DNA of 58,767 nucleotides from Patescibacteria group bacterium. Lineage in GTDB: Bacteria; Patescibacteriota; JABMPQ01. A program made the position numbers and the translations under genes. The DNA is taken from assembly GCA_041749335.1 (NCBI GenBank), contig JBGTBM010000003.1, positions 1-58,767 on the forward strand, written 5' to 3'. The notes beneath the pieces were generated by a model. The model worked only from the letters and a program-made list of their open reading frames with translations, had not been told where the DNA came from and made no database searches. This document shows, in pieces, positions 21,275 through 30,605 of the stretch; within the stretch, counting starts at the first letter, position 1; every line of letters starts with the position of its first letter.

Positions 21275-21682
21275 TATTTTAATTTATCTGCAAAATTATG
21301 TTTTATAATTTATAAACTAATTTTATCAATTATTCATCTGTTATACAAACCTTAAATTAAAACAAAAAAGGCTTTGCGCCTTTTGAACTTAAATATTATA
21401 TTTAGCAGCCTTGATCGGAAATTAGATGAGATGATGGGGGATTAGATAAAATATACATTAGGCTGCCTTTTCAAAACGTCCTGATGGTTTAATTTTGAGA
21501 TGAATTTCACTTTTCCCAATTAACTATACAATAACAATTCTGCCCGATCTTAACTAAATTGTCGTTAATTAACTATGGGCTTTAATTATTGTTCTTAAAA
21601 AATTGGAAATAATAAGCGCCCAAACACCCAAACATCGCCGAGTTAATTTAAGCCTTGCAGATGATAAAAATACCATCAAGGT

Positions 21683-22804
21683 TTACTTAGATGCACTATC
21701 TATTTGGTTAAATTTTTCAACAATTACTTTTTGATATTTTGAATCCAGATCAATAAAATCATTTTTATATTTTTTTTCCATCGCTAAACATATGCCGGAA
21801 AGCATCAAAGCGCGCGTAAGCTGTATTTTTTCCGGCGGAGCGCTGTGCTTGCTTCCACTAAAATTTAAGGGAGAGCCGCAATTTAATAGCCAAATACTAT
21901 TTACAAAAAAGTCCTCATGGCAATCTTTGATTTTTGGCACTAGTTTTCTTAAATTTACAGCGCAGAACTCTCTATCAGACGAGGAGGCGCTAACCAAGAC
22001 CGCGCCATGCCTAATCTTGCTGTAAATATTTCGTTTTATTGTTTCAAATCCGGACGCCCCAATAATCAGATCAAAATTAGAAATAACATCTTCTAATTTA
22101 GCCTTACCAAAATCAGAAACTTGATATTTAACATCAAAAAGGTAAGTCTCTAGCTTGTCTTTTAATAAATAAAAAATTTCTTTTCCAATATAACCCGCGC
22201 CAACAACTAAAGCGCTCTTTGGTTTTAATTTATACAGTTTAATTTTTTTAAATAATTTTTCAACAAACAATTCGGCAATGAAGGGGGACTCATAGACTAG
22301 TTTTGCGTCGGAACGAGCGACATTTATTATCGGAAAATTTAATTTGATATCTTTGAGCATATGATATCCGCATGAAGTTTGTTCGACAGCAAAGACATTG
22401 GAGAAATTTTTAATTGATGAATTTGCTATATATATCAGCAAGCCGCCATCATCAACAAATAAAACTTTTTTATAATCCTCAAAATTTACTGTTGTTTTAA
22501 CATAATTAAGAAAATCTTTAACCTCTGTTCTGTATTGGCTATCATAAGCTAGGTGGCTGTCAAATTTTATACTTCCCGGATGCACATAAACGCCCTTGGC
22601 GCGAAATTTCTCCATCACTTCTTTATTCGTTGAGTAACTCTTACCGATTAAAAAAGTATTTTGGGGTTTAAGCCCTAAGCGAAATAAATATTCAAACATT
22701 GTTAGATTGGTTTCCAGGATGTGTTGAGCAGCAATTATTAAGACATTGCTAAGATTAGTTTTTTGAAACAACGTCAAGGTATAATCAAGCAAGGGCAGTT
22801 TCAT
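21683..22804 (-). CDS. S-adenosylhomocysteine-hydrolase-like NAD-binding protein, paralog B
   Basis: Collinear with 17160-18284 over the full length, roughly two-thirds identical by eye. VEQTSCGY, PIINVARSDAKL, VVGAGYIGKEI. Confidence 0.5.
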   Translation of the reverse strand: MKLPLLDYTLTLFQKTNLSNVLIIAAQHILETNLTMFEYLFRLGLKPQNTFLIGKSYSTNKEVMEKFRAKGVYVHPGSIKFDSHLAYDSQYRTEVKDFLNYVKTTVNFEDYKKVLFVDDGGLLIYIANSSIKNFSNVFAVEQTSCGYHMLKDIKLNFPIINVARSDAKLVYESPFIAELFVEKLFKKIKLYKLKPKSALVVGAGYIGKEIFYLLKDKLETYLFDVKYQVSDFGKAKLEDVISNFDLIIGASGFETIKRNIYSKIRHGAVLVSASSSDREFCAVNLRKLVPKIKDCHEDFFVNSIWLLNCGSPLNFSGSKHSAPPEKIQLTRALMLSGICLAMEKKYKNDFIDLDSKYQKVIVEKFNQIDSASK

Positions 22805-22994
22805 AGTTCGATAAATTATTTAATTAAATTTAAAAAACGCACCCACTATATAAGAATAGGCGGTCAAAGTTAATTAGTTCTAAAATAATTATAAACGATA
22901 CTATATTAAATTATAATATAAATGCAATAATTCGACAACAAAATGAGTAAAGCCGGAGGTAAATTTTTATTTTTTTGAATTATAGACCTATAGC

Positions 22995-23085
22995 CAAATC
23001 AACTCACCCACCGGAAGCTCTTTCTCGGTGGTTACTTCATCAAAACTTTCAATATTTCTCATCTCCCAGCCCAAAAATTCAAAAA
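22995..23085 (-). pseudogene. relic of the 5' part of a second type IIG R-M gene copy
   Basis: About 90 nt closely match 21058-21150 inside the intact R-M gene. The relic is fused to a second copy of the AAAAAAGGCTTTGCGCCTTTTGAAC element found at 21365-21390. Confidence 0.7.
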
Positions 23086-23125
23086 AAGGCTTTGCGCCTT
23101 TTGAACATAATGCATATTAAAAATT

Positions 23126-23200
23126 TGGTGGGCCCAGCAGGGATCGAACCTGCGACAAATCGGTTATGAGCCGAGTGCTCTACCGCTGAGCTATGGGCCC
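23126..23200 (-). tRNA. tRNA with CAT anticodon (elongator Met or lysidine-modified Ile2), CCA encoded
   Basis: GGGCCCATAGCTCAGCGGTAGAGCACTCGGCTCATAACCGATTTGTCGCAGGTTCGATCCCTGCTGGGCCCACCA folds as a cloverleaf. G1-C72 argues against an initiator. Confidence 0.9.
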
Positions 23201-23264
23201 GTGAATCATTAAATTTTGATCTCTAACTTATAATTATTATTTAAACTTGCAAACATACTTGAAG

Positions 23265-23336
23265 CAAATCGGTTATGCCCTGAAAACTTGCAGGGCTACC
23301 GCTTGAGCCCTGTCCGCCTTGGGCGGATATGGGCCC
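23265..23336 (-). other. degenerate tRNA-like fragment (5' half of the adjacent tRNA interrupted by two small hairpins)
   Basis: It shares GGGCCCATA, GCTCAAGCGGTAG and CATAACCGATTTG blocks with the tRNA. CCGCCCAAGGCGG and CCCTGCAAGTTTTCAGGG are inserted. The T-arm and 3' acceptor are absent. Confidence 0.6.
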
Positions 23337-23383
23337 GCAATTACTTTTATATATTACATAATATCTTGTATTTGTCTAGCGCA

Positions 23384-24847
23384 TCATTTCGCTGTACGGC
23401 AATATCTTTTTGGCAATTCTTTAACAAAAATTGACTCCATATCTTTTTCGGTAATAATGAATAATAATTTTTTGGCTCGAGTGATCGCTACGTACATACA
23501 GCGCCTTTCTTCTTCCAGACGATCGTTTTGACTTACATCTTTTACCAGTTTAATAATGTCATAATCGTCTTTGAGGCAGGGGAAACCGGAACGCCCCCGA
23601 TGCAGCCCCACCAAAAAAACCACATCGCTCTCCATGCCTTTGGCTCCATGGATTGAATTTATCTGCACACCCGCTATGTTGTTAGCCTGCAAGGCATCCC
23701 GGTATGCGTCTAAATTTTTCCAATTACGTCCCAGCAGCATAATTGATTGGGGAGCAATTCTGAACTTTAATAATTTTTTTATCGCGTCAAGCGTGAATCT
23801 AACTCCATCTTCTTCACTAATACTCCGATAAATTTTTATTTTTATTTTGCCCGGATGATACGCTTTGATTTTTTTGCTTTTTTGTTTTTTATTATGCTTG
23901 ATAAATTTGGCAGCGGCCTTAACGATATTTTCATCGCTGCGATAGTTGTAGGGAAGCACCACCGTTTCGCATTCGCCCGCAAACTCACGGCCAAAGTTTA
24001 AAATATATTTTACATCGCCGCCCCGGAAGCCGTAAATTGACTGCCAGTCGTCTCCCACGGCAAAAAGATTATTTGTGCGCCCGTTTAAAAGCTTCAAAAA
24101 TTTCATCTGCGCAAAATCAACGTCTTGAAATTCATCCACCAACAAGTATCTAAATCTTTGCTGATATTTCTGCCAGATCAATGGATCGCTCTTGAGTTGG
24201 CCGATCGCTTTTAATATTAAATCGGAAAAATCCAATAAATTTCCCGCCGCTAACATTTTTTCGTAATGATATTTAATAAAATAGAGCAGGCGATAGAATT
24301 CCCGTACATCCTCGTCTTTTTCCCGCCCGCATCTTGCAATAATCGACTTCAAGCTTATTGTCCGATTTTTACATTCTTTCAAAATTTTTTGCGCCTCTTC
24401 ATAAAATAAATAAAAGGGCCAATTGTTTTCTTCGCAGAAGCTATGTAAACGATAGCCAAAATCTTTTTCGCACGCTAAATGCTTTATAAGTCGCAGTAAA
24501 AGCTGGTCTTGTTTGCCTTCATCAATAATATTGAATTTTAGATTGGGATTTAATTCCCGCAGAATTTTATAGCAAGCGCTGTGAAAAGTGCAGCACCATA
24601 ATTTTTCCACTTCAATTCCCAGTTCTTGCAGACGCTCTTTCATTTCATTGGCGGCGTTGCGGGTAAAGGTAATTGTTAAAATGTTTTCTTCCTTAATATT
24701 CAATTTTTTTACTAAATAAAAAACACGAGTAGTAAGCACCCGCGTTTTTCCCGACCCTGCTCCCGCCAAACATAATATATTTTTTGCATTGGAAGTAGCG
24801 GCTTTTAACTGGCCGGGATCTAATTTTTCTAGTGGATTATGCGTCAT
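23384..24847 (-). CDS. UvrD/PcrA-family (SF1) helicase, short form
   Basis: Walker A AGAGSGKT, DEFQD, and the later motifs VGDDWQSIYGFRG and VAITRAK. Confidence 0.85.
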   Translation of the reverse strand: MTHNPLEKLDPGQLKAATSNAKNILCLAGAGSGKTRVLTTRVFYLVKKLNIKEENILTITFTRNAANEMKERLQELGIEVEKLWCCTFHSACYKILRELNPNLKFNIIDEGKQDQLLLRLIKHLACEKDFGYRLHSFCEENNWPFYLFYEEAQKILKECKNRTISLKSIIARCGREKDEDVREFYRLLYFIKYHYEKMLAAGNLLDFSDLILKAIGQLKSDPLIWQKYQQRFRYLLVDEFQDVDFAQMKFLKLLNGRTNNLFAVGDDWQSIYGFRGGDVKYILNFGREFAGECETVVLPYNYRSDENIVKAAAKFIKHNKKQKSKKIKAYHPGKIKIKIYRSISEEDGVRFTLDAIKKLLKFRIAPQSIMLLGRNWKNLDAYRDALQANNIAGVQINSIHGAKGMESDVVFLVGLHRGRSGFPCLKDDYDIIKLVKDVSQNDRLEEERRCMYVAITRAKKLLFIITEKDMESIFVKELPKRYCRTAK

Positions 24848-24873
24848 TTTATTTTGATATTGGTTTTAAAAAA

Positions 24874-24900
24874 GAAGCCTCTTTCTTCCCGCGAGGCTTC
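24874..24900 (-). terminator. terminator after rny
   Basis: GAAGCCTC / GAGGCTTC stem with U-runs on both sides. Confidence 0.65.
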
Positions 24901-24938
24901 TTTTAATACATATTCAGAAATTTAGTTTTTTATTAGTT

Positions 24939-26468
24939 TTATCTAGCAATTTCTATCGCTCGGGTTTCTCTAATTACATTTACTTTGATTTCACCCGGAT
25001 ATTTCAAATCATTTTCAACCTTGTCGGCAATTTTTTGCGCCAGCTTGGTGGCTTCCAAATCATCAATTTCTCCCGGTCTGACGAATACTCTCACTTCACG
25101 TCCCGCCTGAATCGCATAAGATTTTTCCACGCCCTCAAAAGAATTAGCGACATTTTCCAAATCTTCTAGGCGTTTTAAATAATTTTCATAGCTGTCCTTG
25201 CGCGCTCCCGGCCGAGCGGCAGATATCGCGTCTGCCGCGGTTACAATCATCGCCTCTACTGAATGCGGCTCGGTATCTCCGTGATGGCATTCCATGGCAT
25301 GAATCAGCTCTTCCGGCATGGCGAACTTTTTCAAAATATTCTTACCGATTTCAATATGGGTTCCTTCAATCTCGTGGTCTACCGCTTTGCCAATATCATG
25401 CAAAAGTCCCGCTTTCTTGGCCAATTGAACATTGGTTCCAAGCTGTGAAGCAATCAGGGCGGAAAAATTTGCCACTTGAATAGAATGGTCTAAAACATTT
25501 TGTCCATAACTGGTGCGGTATTTCAGCCGGCCTAAAAGCTGAATTAACTTGGGATCAAAGTCCGCGATTCCCAGCTCAAATACAGCCGTCTCTCCGGCTT
25601 CTTTGATTTCGGTCGCTAAAACTTTCTTGGCTTTCTGAACCGCTTCCTCAATTTTAGAAGGATGAATGCGGCCATCCAAAATTAAGCTCTCTAAGGCTAA
25701 TTTAGCCACTTGTCGACGAATCGGGCTAAACGCAGAAATAACGATTGCTCCGGGGGTATCATCTACGACCACTTCTACACCGGTTAACTCTTCAATCCTT
25801 TTAATATTTCTACCCTCGCGGCCAATTATTCTGCCTTTCATTTCATCAGATGGCAAAGCCACAGTCGAGGTAGTGGTTTCGGAGGCAACGGAAGCCGCGT
25901 ACCTTTGGATAGCGCTGCCGATAATATTTTGTGCGTTTTTATCCGCTTCTTCCTTCTCTAATTTCTTTAATTTCTCAATTCTTTCCAAGATTTTTTCTTT
26001 CATATCTCTTTCCACCATTTCTAAAAGCACTTCACGCGCCTTGGCTTGAGTTAATTTGGCAACTTTCTCCAGCGTAGTCAGCTGTTTCCGTCTGATTTCT
26101 GCCAATTCATTTTTTATTTTGCTTATTTTTGTTTTATCAGCTTCAAGAATGTTTTGCTTTTGCTCAAGCTGATCAAGTTTGTGGTCTAAATTTCTTTCGC
26201 GGTTAGCTAATCTCTCTTCCAGCTTTATTAATCTGTCTCTTCTTTCTTGCTCTTCTTTTTTGGCAGATTCTATGATGCTTAAGGCCTTATCCTTGGCCTT
26301 CAAATTCAGTTCTTTTTCTTTTCTTTTAGCTTCTTCGATTAATTCAATCGCCTTTGCTTCTGCCGTTTCTTTTTTTCGAGCCGCCAAGGTTTTTCTTAGC
26401 AGATAACCTCCGGCTCCACCGCAGCCTAAAGTAGCGATAAAAATCAGCGTCAGTGTAACAATATCCAT
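24939..26468 (-). CDS. rny: ribonuclease Y
   Basis: Start set at MDIVTL (GAGAGGA Shine-Dalgarno). N-terminal TM, coiled coil, KH domain (GRIIGREGRNIKRIE), HD domain (LLHDIGK). Confidence 0.9.
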   Translation of the reverse strand: MDIVTLTLIFIATLGCGGAGGYLLRKTLAARKKETAEAKAIELIEEAKRKEKELNLKAKDKALSIIESAKKEEQERRDRLIKLEERLANRERNLDHKLDQLEQKQNILEADKTKISKIKNELAEIRRKQLTTLEKVAKLTQAKAREVLLEMVERDMKEKILERIEKLKKLEKEEADKNAQNIIGSAIQRYAASVASETTTSTVALPSDEMKGRIIGREGRNIKRIEELTGVEVVVDDTPGAIVISAFSPIRRQVAKLALESLILDGRIHPSKIEEAVQKAKKVLATEIKEAGETAVFELGIADFDPKLIQLLGRLKYRTSYGQNVLDHSIQVANFSALIASQLGTNVQLAKKAGLLHDIGKAVDHEIEGTHIEIGKNILKKFAMPEELIHAMECHHGDTEPHSVEAMIVTAADAISAARPGARKDSYENYLKRLEDLENVANSFEGVEKSYAIQAGREVRVFVRPGEIDDLEATKLAQKIADKVENDLKYPGEIKVNVIRETRAIEIAR

Positions 26469-26751
26469 TTTTTTATTCCTCTCATCGCCTATAAGATTGC
26501 AACTAAAATATCTTCTGCAATTTTTCTGCAATAGTTATTCTCTTAAATTCTTAATGTGCAAAAGTATATATTTAGCTACATTTTTCTTTTTAACAATTAA
26601 TTTGCATTCTATTTCCCATTAGTTCCATATCATTCATTGCAACCGATATCAATTCTTATAGGTTTTAATTATTAATCAAATATTATGACTTGCGTCATTT
26701 GTAATTTATCATCTAAATAAATTTTTGACAAGAAAAAACCTAGTCTTATGA

Positions 26752-27930
26752 CTAGGTTTGAGGGAGCTGTTGCTTCTGGCTCCAAAAATAAAAAGGGTGC
26801 GAATAATTTAACCGATAAAATGTTTTGTGCGATCGGCCGTAGACGATCTTTTTTAAAACGCCCTGCCGCCGGAAAAAGGTCAGAATTTTCTCCAAGACCG
26901 GTAAACTCAGCCGCTCGGGAAAATCCTCCAGCTCAAACAGCAGAGTTTTAAGCGCTTTGAAATCTACATTGGCCTGGTTAATCTTAATTGTGCGATCCAT
27001 CTGATTAACCAAATACGCCATCAGGAGAATAAAGTCGTGAATCGTTTCGTCCGGATGTTCATAATCATCCGGGCCAAAATTCTTATCCAGCACCTTGAGC
27101 TCTTCGCCAGATTCCGGCTTAATTACCAGGACCTGGTCTGCCTGCTGCTGCAAGAGCGTGCCGCGATAGCGCCGCGCGGTCATCAGCACCACTTCCTTGC
27201 CATGATTCTTAAGTAATGCGAGGCAGGGTAGGAAGTCATGATCGGCCGTCGCCAGCACGACAGTGGTAATATACGGACAATAGGTGATGATCCAAAATAT
27301 TTTTCTCGTAATTACCGAGTCAACCACGTCTTTTGTATGGTCGGACTCGAAAAACATGCGCGGACAATCAATGATCTCATACCCGTAAGTATGAAGCTTA
27401 ACCCTTTCACTACGATCAATTCGTTGAGTATCAGTAAAAACCCAGGCGGCAGCCAAATCTCCCAGCGGCCGCACCAGATTGATAGCATTAAGCGGAGAAA
27501 AATTCTCTGCTAAATCGCTAAGTCCAATCTGGATATTGTCCCAATCAATCAGCAGCGCGATCTTTTTACCATTGGGCTTAACGCCGGGACAAACGTCCAC
27601 AAAGCGTGTTTCCAAGCCTAAACCGGGCTGCTTCTTATCTTCTCCGGTCAGAGTTAGCTTAATCTGATCGGGTAATTTTGCTTGATTGGGCGTGAGCCCG
27701 TATCCCCGGAAATTAGCTCCGGGCATAAAAAAAGTTTCCGGCTGTCTTGATCTAAGCTGCAATAAGCCCTTACTGACCAATTTTTTTCGAATAGCGGGGG
27801 AAAGTCCGAGAGACGTTATCACCTCGGAAAAATTATCTAATTTCCTTCCACCCTCCACTTCGACTCCCAGAGACCAAAGAATTTCCGCCACCTCTCTCCA
27901 TTCATGCTCTTTTTTCGCTGTTGCCAGCAC
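26752..27930 (-). CDS. NYN/LabA-like domain protein
   Basis: GTG start 5 nt after AGGAGG. KIALLIDWDNIQ ... VVLATADHDFLPCLALLKNHGKEVVLM fits the NYN (LabA-like) pattern. Noticeably G+C-richer than its neighbours. Confidence 0.55.
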   Translation of the reverse strand: MLATAKKEHEWREVAEILWSLGVEVEGGRKLDNFSEVITSLGLSPAIRKKLVSKGLLQLRSRQPETFFMPGANFRGYGLTPNQAKLPDQIKLTLTGEDKKQPGLGLETRFVDVCPGVKPNGKKIALLIDWDNIQIGLSDLAENFSPLNAINLVRPLGDLAAAWVFTDTQRIDRSERVKLHTYGYEIIDCPRMFFESDHTKDVVDSVITRKIFWIITYCPYITTVVLATADHDFLPCLALLKNHGKEVVLMTARRYRGTLLQQQADQVLVIKPESGEELKVLDKNFGPDDYEHPDETIHDFILLMAYLVNQMDRTIKINQANVDFKALKTLLFELEDFPERLSLPVLEKILTFFRRQGVLKKIVYGRSHKTFYRLNYSHPFYFWSQKQQLPQT

Positions 27931-28087
27931 ATTAACCTCCTTTGGATGCTAATGTTTAAATTTTCATAGAACAATCAAAAATAACGGTTTTACCGTCGTC
28001 TCAAAATAACATATAGTATAATAAATGTCAATGTTTGTGATAATGCGCCATAAAAAAACACCCTTAATCCGGGTGTTTAATGGCAAT

Positions 28088-28255
28088 TTAGCAAACTTCG
28101 GGCTCGGATTGAATATACAATATCAACGCCACTCTAAATCCGCTTCCGGCCTGGAGCTGCATTTTTTGGATATTGATACGGCGGTGTTTTAACCACTCAT
28201 TGATCATTTTTTCCAATTCTTCAGCCTTTGCCGCTTCGAAAATTTTTACCTGCAT
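28088..28255 (-). CDS. hypothetical 55-aa protein
   Basis: MQVKIFEAAKAEELEKMINEWLKHRRINIQKMQLQ... The start overlaps the stop of the upstream small ORF, suggesting translational coupling. Confidence 0.45.
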   Translation of the reverse strand: MQVKIFEAAKAEELEKMINEWLKHRRINIQKMQLQAGSGFRVALILYIQSEPEVC

Positions 28256-28449
28256 CGGTTTTCCTCTCCTGTTTCTATGCGCAAGACCGCCGTTACCACC
28301 ATTTCAATTCCAACGCCTATCGAGTAAACTTTTTCAACTTGATCGCCTAATGTTCGAAGATCAAGATTGACCATATCTTCAAACTCTTTTAGCTCCTCGC
28401 CACGGGCATAATTAGCTCGAGTATGCCAAATCCGAATTTGTTTTACCAT
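28246..28449 (-). CDS. hypothetical 67-aa protein
   Basis: Start set at MVKQIRIW, preceded by AAGGAGG. The longer ORF-track start lacks an RBS. Confidence 0.5.
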   Translation of the reverse strand: MVKQIRIWHTRANYARGEELKEFEDMVNLDLRTLGDQVEKVYSIGVGIEMVVTAVLRIETGEENRCR

Positions 28450-28613
28450 TTGTTCCTCCTTATGTTTTTTAAAGATCAATCTTATTGTTTGCGCCTTAAT
28501 AGGAAATAATAACAAAATATTATCGGACGTCAAGACGCGGATCAATTAATATCATTATATTGCTAAAAGTAAAATAAAAAAACGCTTAGTATAACCAAAC
28601 GTTTTTGTGAATT

Positions 28614-30251
28614 TTATATTATCTCTTCTCTTTTTTCCCGCACAAAACCCAGCCATTGTTCGCCCAATTCAATCAGCATTTTAAAAGGCGCTTCAATTAA
28701 AAAATCAAAAACAAAAACAAAAACGTTAATTTTGGAAAATTCCTGGGAAATCCAACGCCCCGCCCGAAGAATCGGCAAAGTATACAAATCGAAAAACAAG
28801 CGTAAAATGCTATCCTTGCGGGCCGGAATTGAATATTCTTTGGCGCCTTCACGCACACGGAAACCAAAGAAACTAACCAAAGTTAAAAACATAAAAAATA
28901 CTATAGCGGAAGCGACGTTAAAATCCAACCTATAAAGCACATATCCCACCAAACCAAATGACACTAAAAAAGTAATAAAATAGGAAAATTTAAAAAACCA
29001 GCTTAAAAATTTACTGCGCACATATGAGGAATGAGCATTGAAAATAATGGTTTGTTTGCGATCAGAATAGACAATGCTTTTTATGCCGTTAATAATGCGC
29101 TCGGTATTTTTCTTGCCCGGCACGCGGGTAAACAAAGCCACTATCAACATTATGAAAAGAGGGAAAGCGATATTGATCGCAATCGGCAGCCATTTTACTT
29201 CTTTTAACCAATAAAGATCAACCGGCACTTCAATAATAATCGCCAGCAACATTTTGGTAATAAATAAATAGATAATACTGCGCAAAGCGGCCCGGCGTAA
29301 ATTTGATTTAACTTCTTTATATTTTTGCTCGGCCTTTTTTTCGATTTCATTTTGAAAAGCGGCGGGATCATTTAAAAGTCCCTCAATGCCATCAATATTA
29401 TCGGCCACCACATCTCTAAGAATTAAAAACAGGGGGGTGTATGTTTTCATTAAGCGCTTAAAACGAAAAGACAGCTTATTATTAAGATACCCTTCAATTT
29501 CTTCCTGAATGTTTTTTATGTTGCGAGCGACATTTTCAATTTCTTGCTTAGTGCCTCCGAACCATTCGCGATAAGCCAGTTTAAACATAAAATATCTAAT
29601 GGTGGCCGGATCGGATTTGATCAAAGTGCGATGAATGGCAATATAACACAAGATTTTTTTAGTAGCGTCGTCTAATCTAATATCTTTAATCTTAAGTCGC
29701 GCATCCATCACCTGAAACATGGTTTCCACAATAGCACCCACCGACCGCAAGGATATTAAAACATCTTCTATTTCACAGGAGGCGACGCCTATCACCCAAT
29801 CAATAAATTTTCTTTTATCTCGACGCTTGGCATATGTGGTGGCACTGATTAAATTTAAATATTTATTAATAATGCTTTGCACCTCAAGAATTTTTGTTTC
29901 GGGCAATTTATTATTTTCCAAATATTTAGCCCAGATCAGCTCCTTGACTAAATTTTCAGCTATTTTCGCTTTATTTTTATCAATCGTTATCCGGCGGCGC
30001 AAAATTCTTTCTACCGCGCTGCGCCGCAATAAATGTTTATCTTTATAATCAACCACGTTGCGCAATTTTTCATAAAAAAAAGCCATCTGGCTGACAAAAT
30101 GATCCACTTTAATTTTGCTTACATCTTTGGGTATTTCGTCTTTTTGCGAAAATGAATGTATTAAGTTTTTGACCGGCGCTGAAATATAATAGCTCATGTG
30201 ATTTATTAGTAGTAATACTATTATGATAATTTCTACCCGCTTTATTGTCAA
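28614..30251 (-). CDS. hypothetical polytopic membrane protein
   Basis: 545 aa. N-terminal TM, a long soluble helical region, then a C-terminal cluster of TM helices. No family recognised. Confidence 0.6.
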   Translation of the reverse strand: MTIKRVEIIIIVLLLINHMSYYISAPVKNLIHSFSQKDEIPKDVSKIKVDHFVSQMAFFYEKLRNVVDYKDKHLLRRSAVERILRRRITIDKNKAKIAENLVKELIWAKYLENNKLPETKILEVQSIINKYLNLISATTYAKRRDKRKFIDWVIGVASCEIEDVLISLRSVGAIVETMFQVMDARLKIKDIRLDDATKKILCYIAIHRTLIKSDPATIRYFMFKLAYREWFGGTKQEIENVARNIKNIQEEIEGYLNNKLSFRFKRLMKTYTPLFLILRDVVADNIDGIEGLLNDPAAFQNEIEKKAEQKYKEVKSNLRRAALRSIIYLFITKMLLAIIIEVPVDLYWLKEVKWLPIAINIAFPLFIMLIVALFTRVPGKKNTERIINGIKSIVYSDRKQTIIFNAHSSYVRSKFLSWFFKFSYFITFLVSFGLVGYVLYRLDFNVASAIVFFMFLTLVSFFGFRVREGAKEYSIPARKDSILRLFFDLYTLPILRAGRWISQEFSKINVFVFVFDFLIEAPFKMLIELGEQWLGFVREKREEII

Positions 30252-30327
30252 TAAGGCAATTTTATTCTGAAAATATTTTATTAACAGCTGATTTTTTTAT
30301 TGAAAATATTTATGTTATAATAATGAT

Positions 30328-30478
30328 GCCCGTTCAGGCGGGCGAGCAGTCAGTCTATTTGCTAACAAAAAAGGTGCCCTCCAGATTAAGATTGTAGCCA
30401 AAACTTTAACGGCAAAAAGCCTTTAAAGCCCAGGGCACGGGAAGTTGCAATCTTAATCTATTAGCAAAAGCTGGCTGC
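30328..30478 (-). ncRNA. candidate cis-regulatory/structured RNA with pseudoknot potential, upstream of the 545-aa membrane protein gene
   Basis: G+C-rich island. Helices 30346-30365/30461-30478, 30374-30380/30432-30438, a perfect 12 bp 30384-30395/30448-30459, and a 10-bp hairpin 30404-30428. The second and third helices interleave (H-type). Confidence 0.4.
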
Positions 30479-30545
30479 TTTTAGTTAAGCAAATTTCACA
30501 CGAATATCTAAAATTATATTCTTAATAAACGCTTTAAATAAAAAA

Positions 30546-30571
30546 GGACGTAAGCTAGAAAACTTACGTCC
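30546..30571 (-). terminator. terminator ending the G+C-rich island operon
   Basis: GGACGTAAG / CTTACGTCC stem followed by a U-run on the minus strand. Confidence 0.75.
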
Positions 30572-30605
30572 AAAGAGATGAAGAACGATGACAGGAAGGA
30601 GATGG

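Noticed and set aside
21406-21459. GCAGCCT ... AGGCTGC stem with a 40-nt loop upstream of the R-M gene, superficially like the long-loop hairpins
   Set aside because: It is a single occurrence. Its stem matches none of the four array classes, it lacks the GAC/TAG loop borders, and no promoter or leader motif is present.
22975-23340. Integrated prophage or genomic island at the tRNA(CAT)
   Set aside because: No integrase and no direct repeat of the tRNA 3' end are present. The nearby partial tRNA copy is a 5' half lying only 65 nt away, so it cannot delimit an island.
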